A DNA stretch of 32,000 nucleotides. Source: Pyrodictium abyssi (GTDB lineage Archaea; Thermoproteota; Thermoprotei_A; Sulfolobales; Pyrodictiaceae). The stretch's first letter is position 1; each line of letters starts with the position of its first letter. Shown in pieces: positions 1 through 7,872 of the stretch. The translations under genes were made by a program, and so were the position numbers. The notes beneath the pieces are model-generated. The model was given only the letters and a program-made list of their open reading frames with translations, searched no databases and had not been told where the DNA came from. The DNA lies in the NCBI RefSeq assembly GCF_036323395.1, contig NZ_AP028907.1, positions 510,001 to 542,000 on the forward strand. The letters run 5' to 3'.

Positions 1-201
1 CAGGAGATATACGAGAAGGTCAAGAAGATGAGGGAGCAGATACCCGGCTGGATCTGGGAGGAGGCCTACAAGCTAGCCGACATCCTCAAGGAGAACAAGG
101 ACATAGAGGTCATGGGCCTAAAGTTCAGCGACATAGAGAGCATGATACCGATGGACGCCAACGAGATACAGAAGGTACGCGAACAGCTACAGGTAGGCTA
201 G
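1..201 (+). CDS. 3' end of an unidentified protein-coding gene (runs off the left edge)
   Basis: Frame 1 is open from base 1 to TAG at 199-201 (QEIYEKVKKMREQIPGWIWEEAYKLADILKENKDIEVMGLKFSDIESMIPMDANEIQKVREQLQVG*). Codon usage resembles neighbouring genes, and a palindrome plus T5 run follows. No family recognised. Confidence 0.5.
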   Translation, partial: QEIYEKVKKMREQIPGWIWEEAYKLADILKENKDIEVMGLKFSDIESMIPMDANEIQKVREQLQVG

Positions 202-229
202 CCCCACTCCATACACACGCCACACCCAA

Positions 230-248
230 GCTAAACCGGGTTTTTAGC
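230..248 (+). terminator. Palindrome plus T5 run downstream of the left-edge gene (archaeal oligo-T terminator candidate)
   Basis: GCTAAA-ccgggtt-TTTAGC inverted repeat (230-235 / 243-248) contains TTTTT at 241-245, about 30-45 nt after the stop at 201. Confidence 0.3.
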
Positions 249-474
249 CCCTCCACTCGCGTCCGCCAGCCTCTCCTTCCCTGTTCTCTGCCCACCTTGC
301 TCCTCACGGTATCCACGCTGAGGGACGCATATACGCAGCCGGGAACAGACCCCCGGGGCTTCTCCACAGCACCACAGCCTGGTCACATGGCTGTACGCGG
401 AGGCGAGCCGCCGGCCAAGCGGGCCTATAGAGGAGGCCACGACAACCAATAATCCTACTCTATGCAATATTTCA

Positions 475-482
475 GTTAAACC
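475..482 (+). promoter_or_regulatory. TTAAACC TATA-like box upstream of the ATPase pseudogene
   Basis: GTTAAACC at 475-482 lies about 30 nt upstream of the TTG at 510, inside a locally AT-rich stretch (aataatcctactctatgcaatatttcagttaaacc). The same TTAAACC core precedes the genes at 14365 and 15374. Confidence 0.35.
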
Positions 483-509
483 GGCCCGTGGTAAAGGTGC
501 CGGAAAGCC

Positions 510-2092
510 TTGGAGCCAGGCGAACGCAGCAAGAAGTGCATCTACATACAGCTACGCAAGCTCATAATAAAGAACTTTAAGAGCATACACGAGCTCGAGC
601 TGGAGCTGCAGCCAGGCCTAAACGTGCTCGTCGGCAGCAATGCCTCCGGTAAGACGAACATACTGGAAGCGGTAAGCTTCATGTACAAAGCACTCGTAGA
701 AGCAGCCGAGAGGATACCCTATAGGCCGCATGCGCCGCAGTACTGGTCACCCCTAGACATAGTATACATGAAAGACCCCAATGCAGTCATGGCCCTAGGA
801 ATGGAGTTCGACATCTACACCCAGGCGGAAGACACATGGCTACGAATGCCAATAGGATTTACAGCAAACCTGGCATACAACCCAGGCACCGATACGCTAG
901 AGCCCACGCTATACGAGCTAAACTTCGGCAACGCTACAAGGATACGGATAAGCAGACACGGCATAGAAGTTAGGATTAGACGCGACGTCCTGGAGAAAGC
1001 CAAGGAGGTAATCAAGAACGATGGTGTTGATATAGAGCTAGAGTACCAGGAAGAGGACAGCGAGGTGATCGTATACATTGAGCCCGAGGGAGCGCGTCCA
1101 GGCGTGCTGACACCAGCCAATGCGGCCTCAATGTTCTGGAAGAGCACGAAAAGCATGATGGAAAGAAATGGTGGCAGTTTGAAGACAATATCTTAGGAGT
1201 ATTCATAATAAAGATTTGCTTGTATATTACATTTCGCAACACATGCGTCGTGGAATACATAAAAAAAGAACAAGAATTCTTCGTAGCGTTGCACTCGCCG
1301 GAAAAGCTAGAAGAGCTGCTACATCCAAAGAAGGTAGCAAAATTTATCACTGTTTTCAAAGTTAGCCCAGCTAAGGAGCTTAATGCCGTATGTATAAACC
1401 TCGAGACTCATGCAACAGTAGCGTTTAGTCCAGATCCCGTTATGGATCTATTGGTCTATGTTATTCCTGCCATTCTTAGGAGGTTTGTGTTTCTTCGTCA
1501 CCCGGATATGGGTGCCGTCGGCGAGCCCGTGAAGTTTAGTGGTAGCGACCGGCCTGATGAGAGAGCCCGTAACCTCGCCGAGGTATTGCTTGTTGTGCAG
1601 GGGCGTAGGGGACGCTTCCCGGAGCGCGTTGAGCGTGCGCTGCGTGAGCTATTTCCCGGCATGTCTCTGCGCGTGGAGTCGCGGTTTGGCCGTGTCGTGC
1701 TGGTTGGCGAGGAGGGTGGGATTGAGCTTCCGCCGCCTACCTGCCGGATGGCCTTGTAAAGGTTGTCGCGTTGATGCTTGCCGCGGATCTTGAGCCGGTG
1801 CTGCTATGGTCGACGAGATAGAAAATAGTATGCATGCGAGACTCCTAGAGTACGTTGTGGATGAGCTTAACAGCCTACCTGTACCCGTCCTGGTTGCTAC
1901 GCATTCGCCTATCGTGGTTGACCTTGTTGGCCGGAGAGGGTGCTGCTGGTGCGGAAGGATACGAGGAGGGGCACCGTGGTGGAGAGGATAGGGAGGAGCC
2001 CTAGGGAGCTTTCTAGAAGGCTTAGTGAGGAGGGCATAACTTTGAGCGACTACGTGTTCTACGGCGAGATGTACATGGCTGAGCAAGGCTAG
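510..2092 (+). pseudogene. ABC/SMC-type AAA ATPase (OLD-family / AAA_15-AAA_21-like), disrupted by at least 4 frameshifts
   Basis: N-terminus LRKLIIKNFKSIHELELELQPGLNVLVGSNASGKTNILEA carries Walker A GSNASGKT at 633-656. The reading frame continues in frame 2 (open from 1082), frame 1 (1726-1805, AYLPDGLVKVVALMLAADLEPVLL), frame 3 (1806-1930) and frame 2 (1931-2092). Frame 3 holds MVDEIENSMH (Walker B/D-loop) and LVATHSP (H-loop). Frame 2 ends PERVLLVRKDTRRGTVVERIGRSPRELSRRLSEEGITLSDYVFYGEMYMAEQG*. Joined, the pieces give about 527 aa with the canonical ATPase motif order. Confidence 0.7.
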
Positions 2093-2133
2093 TCCAGCGG
2101 CTAGAGCGGGTAGCTGCGGGTGGCTATGCAGGG

Positions 2134-2724
2134 TTGAAGCTGATAGTGTTTGTCGAGGACAGTTATGGTGTCGAGTTCCACAGGGTGGTTCTGGACAAGC
2201 TGTACCGTGCAGGGCTTCTACATGGTGGTCGGCGTCCTGAGGTTAGGCATCTCCCTGCGAAGAAGTGTAACCCTGCGGTTTTCCGCAAGATGCTGGGAGC
2301 GGTGTTCAGGGAGGTGCGTAGCGGTGGAGCCTGGCGTATCCTGGTTATCGACTCTGAGGGTAGGCCTCCACGGGAGGCTGTTGAGAGCGATATACTGCGG
2401 CACGTGAGGAGGCACCGGGAGAGGTTTAGGGTTATCGCGGTTGTTCCCCGTCATGAGGCATGGCTGTGTAGAGGTCTTGGTGGTGACCGGGGCGGCTGCC
2501 GTAGCAGGCCGGAGGGCTTCCTCTCAAGGTATGCTGGTAGGCCCTATGACCGTAAGACTAAGCATCTTTTGGCTGAGCTTGCTCGTGGTATGGATGTGTG
2601 TAGGCTTATTGGCGAAGAGGACTTTGTGGAGTATCTTGCTGGGCTTTGCTGGCTTCTCGGAGACCGGGGCGCGTTCTGCAAGGAGCTGGCGGGGCATGGG
2701 CGTATCGGGAGGCGTGTCTGCTAG
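2134..2724 (+). CDS. Toprim-like small protein (DUF4276 / RloB / OLD-nuclease-domain-like), partner of the upstream ATPase
   Basis: Intact 196-aa ORF starting 42 nt after the ATPase stop. It has KLIVFVEDSYGVEF (acidic E at 2155-2157 after a beta-strand), WRILVIDSEG (acidic pair) and VVPRHEAWLCRG (the EAW motif I associate with DUF4276). The start is TTG and therefore uncertain. Confidence 0.5.
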   Translation: MKLIVFVEDSYGVEFHRVVLDKLYRAGLLHGGRRPEVRHLPAKKCNPAVFRKMLGAVFREVRSGGAWRILVIDSEGRPPREAVESDILRHVRRHRERFRVIAVVPRHEAWLCRGLGGDRGGCRSRPEGFLSRYAGRPYDRKTKHLLAELARGMDVCRLIGEEDFVEYLAGLCWLLGDRGAFCKELAGHGRIGRRVC

Positions 2725-2884
2725 CCCCTCTTTATGCGGCGTGTGCTATCCTGGCTTGTGTACTACCTTGTGCCTTGCTGTTGTTGTGCTGGTACAGGCT
2801 CGGTGTTGTTTTATGGGTGTCCCTGGGGCGGGGGCTGCTGGGGGCTGGGCTGGACTCTTGCCCGGTAGCGGTCCCGTCGTCGAG

Positions 2885-4387
2885 ATGCGGGGTATAGTGA
2901 AGGTCTACCCGGACGGTACTGTGGCTCTCCGTGGTGTCGACCTCCGGCTTGAGCCGGGGGAGATTCACGGGCTTCTGGGCGAGAATGGTGCTGGGAAGAC
3001 TACGCTGATGAAGATACTGGCTGGGTTTCTCCGCCCGACCCGTGGCGAGATAATCCTCCGGGGGAGGCGTGTCCGGTTCCGCTCTGCCGCGGACGCGCTC
3101 CGCCACGGCATCGGGATGGTGCACCAGCACCTCTCGCTCGTCCCCGTGTTTACGGCCTACGAGAACATCGTGCTGGGGCTTAGCGGCCGGGAGCTGCGGG
3201 GCGCCCGGGAGCGGGTCGAGAGGCTGATGCGGGAGACCGGGCTCGAGGTCCCGCTCGACGATGTGGTTGAGGAGCTGCCCTTCGGTGTGAGGCAGAGGAT
3301 AGAGATTCTCCGCATGCTGTTCCGCGAGGTGGACGTGCTTATCCTGGACGAGCCGACTACGAACCTCACCCCGATCGAGACCCGGGAGCTGTTCCGCGCT
3401 CTCCGCAGGCTGCGTGACAGCGGGAAGACGATAGTGTTCATCACGCATAAGCTCCGCGAGGTAATGGAGATCGCGGACCGGATTACCGTGATGCGCCGGG
3501 GCCGGGTAGTCGGCAGCATGTCCCGTGAGGAGGCAGAGCCCCGGAAGCTAGCCCGGATGATGGTCGGCCGCGAGGTCGTGTTCAGGATAGAGAAGCCCCC
3601 GGCCCGGCCCGGCGAGCCGGTGCTCCGGGTGGAGGACCTCTGGGTCCGGGGCGAGCACGGCCGCTGGGCGGTGCGGGGAGTCAGCTTCGAGGTGCGCCGT
3701 GGCGAGATCTTCGGCATAGCCGGGGTGGAGGGGAACGGCCAGGCAGAGCTGGTCGAGGCTATCACGGGGCTACGCCGGGCTGAGCGGGGCCGCGTGCTTC
3801 TCGTGGGCCGGGATGTGACTAACCTGCCTCCCTCCGAGCTATACAAGCTGGGCCTCGCCCACATACCGGAGGACCGGCGTAGGACGGGGCTTGTCCTCGA
3901 CATGAGTGTCGCGGAGAACAGTATCCTGGGCATCCACCGGTGGAGCCGGTTCCTCCGCAGCCTCGGCCTCGTGGACTGGGGCAGCGTATCCAGCCACGCC
4001 GGGAGGATAGTCGAGGAGTACGAGGTGGTGGCGCCGGGCCTCCGTAGCCCCGTCCGCCACCTCAGCGGCGGCAACCAGCAAAAGCTACTGGTGGGCCGCG
4101 AACTCTCGAAGGACCCGCTGGTCGTGGTGGCGGCTCAGCCCACGAGGGGCCTCGACGTCGCGGCCACGGAGTACATCCGCAGGCTCCTCGTCAGGCTGCG
4201 CAACGAGGGCCGAGCGGTCCTACTCGTCTCGGCCGACACGGACGAGGTTATGCAGCTCAGCGACAGAGTGGCGGTCATGTACGAGGGCAGGTTCGTGGCC
4301 GTGGTGAGGCCGGAGGAGCTGACCGAGGAGCGGCTAGGCCTCCTAATGGGCGGCGCGGTGGAGGCCGCCCAGGCAGAGCAGGGCTAG
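2885..4387 (+). CDS. ABC transporter ATP-binding protein with two fused NBDs (BMP/nucleoside-simple sugar type, COG3845-like)
   Basis: NBD1 has GENGAGKTT, LPFGVRQRIEIL and VLILDEPT. NBD2 has the degenerate GVEGNGQAEL, LSGGNQQK and AAQPTRGLDV typical of this family. ATG 2885 (MRGIVKVYPDG) gives 500 aa; an alternative ATG lies at 2813. The 2441 start in the ORF track overlaps the previous gene and is not credible. Confidence 0.9.
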   Translation: MRGIVKVYPDGTVALRGVDLRLEPGEIHGLLGENGAGKTTLMKILAGFLRPTRGEIILRGRRVRFRSAADALRHGIGMVHQHLSLVPVFTAYENIVLGLSGRELRGARERVERLMRETGLEVPLDDVVEELPFGVRQRIEILRMLFREVDVLILDEPTTNLTPIETRELFRALRRLRDSGKTIVFITHKLREVMEIADRITVMRRGRVVGSMSREEAEPRKLARMMVGREVVFRIEKPPARPGEPVLRVEDLWVRGEHGRWAVRGVSFEVRRGEIFGIAGVEGNGQAELVEAITGLRRAERGRVLLVGRDVTNLPPSELYKLGLAHIPEDRRRTGLVLDMSVAENSILGIHRWSRFLRSLGLVDWGSVSSHAGRIVEEYEVVAPGLRSPVRHLSGGNQQKLLVGRELSKDPLVVVAAQPTRGLDVAATEYIRRLLVRLRNEGRAVLLVSADTDEVMQLSDRVAVMYEGRFVAVVRPEELTEERLGLLMGGAVEAAQAEQG

Positions 4388-4418
4388 CCCCAGGGCATGA
4401 CGCGGGGGTGGCTATGGG

Positions 4419-5555
4419 ATGGCCGCGCGTACGCCCGTCTGGCTCCGCGACGCGCTCATGAGGCTAGGCGAGACGGCGATAGCGCTAGCCGCGGGTATAG
4501 TCGTCGGCGCGGCTATAATGTGGCTTAGCGGCTACGACCCCTGGGAGGCGTACCGCTACCTCCTCGAGTCTAGCGTTCTCGACAGCTACTCGCTCACAAT
4601 GACACTGAGCTTCGCAGCCCCGATAATGCTCACCGGTATCACTTTCGCGGTAGGCGTCCGGGCAGGCCTCTTCAACATAGGCGCTGAGGGCCAGCTCTAC
4701 ATGGGCGCCCTGGGCGCGGTACTCGTAGCATACGCCGCACACAGAGGCCTAGGCTTCCTGGACAGCCCCCTCGGCACGGTTGCCGCGCTGCTGCTGGGCG
4801 CAGGTCTGGCCTCGCTCTGGGGGCTAGCCGCCGCGCTGCTGAAGGTGCGGCGCGGCGTCCACGAGGTAGTATCCACGATAATGCTGAACTGGATAGCGTT
4901 CTGGCTAGCCGAGTACATGAGAGTCTACGTGGTATACGACCCTCACGACCCCTCCAAGACCGTCCAGGTGCCGCCGGGCGCCCGGCTCCCGCTGCTCGCC
5001 AGCGGCACCGAGCTGTCGGCAAGCCTGCTCATATCCCTGGGCTTCACGGTGTTCACCTACGTGCTGCTATGGCACATGGTGTACGGCTACGAGCTGCGCG
5101 CGGCCGGCCTCAACCCGCACGCAGCCAGCTACGGCGGGATAAGCGTGGAGCGTATGATGGTGCTCGCTTTCCTCGTCGGCGCGGTGGCTGCGGGACTTGC
5201 GGGCGCGGGCGAGGTGCTGGGGAGGCCGCCACACTACGCGATAACCACGGGGCTCAGCAACCTGGCGGGCCTAGGCTTCGACGGGATAACCGTCGCCTTG
5301 ATCGGCGCGAACCACCCGCTCGGCATCATAGGCGCCTCGGTCCTGGTTGGCGCGCTGAAGGCCGGCGCCAAGGGCATGCAGATCTACGCCCATGTCCCGC
5401 TCGAGATGGTGCGCATAGTAGAGGGCGTGATAATCATAGCCCTGGCTGTGCCGGGCACGCTCCGCCTCATATCCGAGTACCGGCGTAGGAGGCTCCAGCT
5501 AGCCCGCGTAGAGCAGGCCAAGACGCCGGGAGAGGGGGCTGGGAGCCATGCCTGA
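4419..5555 (+). CDS. ABC transporter permease (COG4603-like, BMP-family system)
   Basis: 378-aa polytopic hydrophobic protein (GLFNIGAEGQLYMGAL motif) immediately downstream of the ATPase. Its end overlaps the next permease start by 8 nt (ATGCCTGA). Confidence 0.85.
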   Translation: MAARTPVWLRDALMRLGETAIALAAGIVVGAAIMWLSGYDPWEAYRYLLESSVLDSYSLTMTLSFAAPIMLTGITFAVGVRAGLFNIGAEGQLYMGALGAVLVAYAAHRGLGFLDSPLGTVAALLLGAGLASLWGLAAALLKVRRGVHEVVSTIMLNWIAFWLAEYMRVYVVYDPHDPSKTVQVPPGARLPLLASGTELSASLLISLGFTVFTYVLLWHMVYGYELRAAGLNPHAASYGGISVERMMVLAFLVGAVAAGLAGAGEVLGRPPHYAITTGLSNLAGLGFDGITVALIGANHPLGIIGASVLVGALKAGAKGMQIYAHVPLEMVRIVEGVIIIALAVPGTLRLISEYRRRRLQLARVEQAKTPGEGAGSHA

Positions 5556-6444
5556 GCCGGGTATACTCCTGGACTTCATCCGGGGAGTACTCTACGCGAT
5601 GACGCCGATACTGCTGACGGCTGTGGGCGAGATAGTTGCCGAGAGGGCCGGCGTAGTCAACATAGGGCTTGAGGGTATCATAATGCTCGGCGCCCTAGCC
5701 GGCGCGATGGCCAGCGAGGCGGCGGGGAGCCCCTGGGCCGGCCTAGCAGCGGGCCTACTTGTCGGCGCAGCGCTGGGTCTGCTTCACGCGGTGCTCACCG
5801 TCTACCTCAAGGGCGACCACATAATCCCGGGCGTGGGCGTGAACACGCTCGCCTACGGCCTGGTACCCTACATGATCATCGTCTACTGGCACACAGCCGG
5901 GCAGCACCAGGTGCCCGAGTACGCCCGTGTCCCCCACATAGCCGGGATAAGCCCCGTCACGGTAGCGGCGATAGCCATAGCGGTGGCTACGTGGTACGTG
6001 CTGTTCCGCACCAGCCTCGGCCTCAAGCTGCGAGCCGTCGGCGAGAACCCGGAGGCAGCCGACACGGTGGGTGTGCGGGTCGAGAGGCTCCAGACAGCCG
6101 CGGTGGTCTACGGCGGCATGCTGGCGGGGCTCGCCGGCGCCTTCATGAGCATCGACTGGCTCAGCACCGTGACCAAGGAGATAGCCGCGGGCAGGGGCTT
6201 CATCTCGCTAGCCCTGGTGGTGTTCAGCAACTGGAACCCGCTGCTAGCGCTCGGCGGCGCAACGCTATTCGGGTTCTTCGACACGCTCCGCGAGTGGGTA
6301 AAAGTGCTCCCAGGCGTCAAGGGATTGGTGCCCGACACGCTGCTGAACACGATACCCTACATAGTCACCCTAGCAGCAGTCGCCGGGGTACTCCACCGCG
6401 TGAGGCCGCCGAGCCACGTAGGCATGCCCTACCGCCGCGAGTAG
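5548..6444 (+). CDS. ABC transporter permease (COG1079-like, BMP-family system)
   Basis: 298-aa polytopic protein with VVNIGLEGIIMLGAL, translationally coupled to the preceding permease. Confidence 0.85.
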   Translation: MPEPGILLDFIRGVLYAMTPILLTAVGEIVAERAGVVNIGLEGIIMLGALAGAMASEAAGSPWAGLAAGLLVGAALGLLHAVLTVYLKGDHIIPGVGVNTLAYGLVPYMIIVYWHTAGQHQVPEYARVPHIAGISPVTVAAIAIAVATWYVLFRTSLGLKLRAVGENPEAADTVGVRVERLQTAAVVYGGMLAGLAGAFMSIDWLSTVTKEIAAGRGFISLALVVFSNWNPLLALGGATLFGFFDTLREWVKVLPGVKGLVPDTLLNTIPYIVTLAAVAGVLHRVRPPSHVGMPYRRE

Positions 6445-6851
6445 CCCAACAACACCTCCCCGGGCCTCTTTCCCCTCTCTGTTCCCCTCCAGCGGGCCAT
6501 GAGCGGGCCCCAGGCTGCCCGGGCCCGGGCCACGTAGACCCATGCCCGGGCCGTCCCGCCGCCGTGCTCCACTGTTAGCATCCTCCTCTCATAGAGCGGG
6601 CCCTCGTAGCGGTCCAGCTCTGGTAGGAGCCACGCGGGCACCGCGTAGAGCTCGCCCTCCACAACGCAGCAGGCCTGGGGGCGGCACGGCAGTGCCGCGG
6701 GGTAGCCCTCCAGCACTGCGAGCGTATAGCCGCGGAGCAGCGCTGGCCCCAGGAGCCTTGCGCCCCGCATCAGCCTGTGGGCGCTGCCGCGGCGGTGGAG
6801 CGAGCCGTAGACGAATAGAAGCTCTATCACCGGGCCCAGGCCCCTGCCCAT
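6429..6851 (-). CDS. Gamma-glutamylcyclotransferase / AIG2-like family protein
   Basis: Has LLFVYGSL...GYPA...VEGELY...LDRYEGPLYERR, the family pattern (YGSL, E-containing GxLY, LDxxE, YxR). Its 3' end overlaps the convergent permease by 16 nt. Confidence 0.7.
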   Translation of the reverse strand: MGRGLGPVIELLFVYGSLHRRGSAHRLMRGARLLGPALLRGYTLAVLEGYPAALPCRPQACCVVEGELYAVPAWLLPELDRYEGPLYERRMLTVEHGGGTARAWVYVARARAAWGPLMARWRGTERGKRPGEVLLGYSRR

Positions 6852-6865
6852 CCGGGTGCTAGCCT

Positions 6866-7516
6866 GTGGCGAGGCCCCGGGTTATCAGGGTAGACCCCCA
6901 GCGCCCCGACCCCGCCGCGGTAGAGGAGGCGGCCAGGGTGGTCAGGGAGGGCGGCCTAGTAGTCTACCCCACGGACACCGTCTACGGGCTCGGAGCTGAC
7001 CCCTTCAGCCGCGAGGCCGTGCTCCGGGTCTACCGGGCCAAGGAGAGGCCCCTGGGTAGGCCCCTGCCAGTCCTAGTCTCGGGCCCCGAGGCCGCTGCGA
7101 GGCTCGCCCGGGTCACGCCGGAGGCCCGGAGGCTGATGGACCGGTTCTGGCCCGGAGCCCTCACCATAGTCCTAGAGGCCCAGCCCGGCCTCCCCCCGGA
7201 GCTCCACGGCGGCACCGGTAGGATAGGCGTGCGGATGCCTGCGCACCCGGTGGCGCTGGAGCTGATACGCGCCTCGGGCGGCGCACTGGTGGGCACGAGT
7301 GCTAACCTCCACGGCCGGCCGAGTCCCCGGACGGCGGGGGAGGCGCTAGAGCAGCTAGACGGGCGCGTGGACATAGTGCTCGACGCAGGCCCAGCGCCCG
7401 GCGGCAAACCCTCCACGGTGGTAGACCTCACGACGCAGCCGCCCAAGATACTGAGGAAGGGCCCAGTGACGCGCGAGGAGCTGGAGGAGGCGCTGGGCAC
7501 CACGGTCGAGGGCTAG
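6866..7516 (+). CDS. tsaC: L-threonylcarbamoyladenylate synthase, YrdC/TsaC-type (single YrdC domain, 216 aa)
   Basis: Has VVYPTDTVYGLGADPF, RVYRAKERPLGRPLPVLV, GTSANLHGRPS and KPSTVVDL. GTG start. Confidence 0.85.
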   Translation: MARPRVIRVDPQRPDPAAVEEAARVVREGGLVVYPTDTVYGLGADPFSREAVLRVYRAKERPLGRPLPVLVSGPEAAARLARVTPEARRLMDRFWPGALTIVLEAQPGLPPELHGGTGRIGVRMPAHPVALELIRASGGALVGTSANLHGRPSPRTAGEALEQLDGRVDIVLDAGPAPGGKPSTVVDLTTQPPKILRKGPVTREELEEALGTTVEG

Positions 7517-7773
7517 CCCGGCGGCGTGCAGAGCCCGAGGACAACTGTGCTCAACGCTAGCATGCCTAGGCCGAGCGATAGCGGGAGCGCCATCAGCGGG
7601 ACCTCGGGGCTCACCATGGCGAAGAAGTAGAGCAGCACATCCACGGCAGCCCCTACAGCCATTATCTCCACAGCCGACTCCAGGAGCTCGGCCTTGGAGC
7701 CCGTGCCGCTGGGCCGCCAGCCCCAGGAGTAGTGCACCGGGACCCTGTCGGGGAGCAAGGGGTAGAGCAGCAC
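7513..7773 (-). CDS. Small membrane protein, DUF1648-like (LPDRVPVHYSWGW motif); start unresolved
   Basis: 86-aa ORF from GTG 7773 with LLPDRVPVHYSWGWRPSG followed by two hydrophobic helices. The frame stays open upstream to 7872 and encodes a further helix (RRLVLAALEVLALFTAVAV) with no ATG/GTG/TTG in it. Confidence 0.4.
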   Translation of the reverse strand: MLLYPLLPDRVPVHYSWGWRPSGTGSKAELLESAVEIMAVGAAVDVLLYFFAMVSPEVPLMALPLSLGLGMLALSTVVLGLCTPPG

Positions 7774-7872
7774 AGCAACTGCCGTAAATAAGGCGAGGAC
7801 CTCTAGGGCGGCTAGTACTAGCCTCCTGCCCCGCGGTTCCAGCGCTGGTCTGCCGCGGGGCCCCTTGCCTAT

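Noticed and set aside
201-509. Search for a tRNA gene, tRNA fragment or att site in the 300-bp spacer before the ATPase/Toprim-like module; pyrimidine-rich tract at about 245-320
   Set aside because: No T-arm (GGTTCRAATCC or its complement), no cloverleaf and no direct repeat shared with the right border (2725-2880) could be found by eye. The two minus-strand ORFs (125-367, 231-467) have no protein-like features. The pyrimidine skew is noted but I cannot attach a function to it.
2441-2884. N-terminal 148 codons of the 648-aa track ORF, upstream extension of the ABC ATPase
   Set aside because: It overlaps the Toprim-like gene in another frame and is Cys/Leu/Val/Gly-rich with no family resemblance. 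The ABC family N-terminus aligns with MRGIVKVY at 2885. This is a long open frame produced by GC-rich sequence.
2732-4074. Antisense ORFs 2732-3448 and 3157-4074 (238 and 305 aa) opposite the ABC ATPase
   Set aside because: The translations are Arg/Ser/Pro/Thr-rich and low in complexity, typical of the reverse frame of a high-GC gene. The plus-strand gene has unambiguous ABC motifs.
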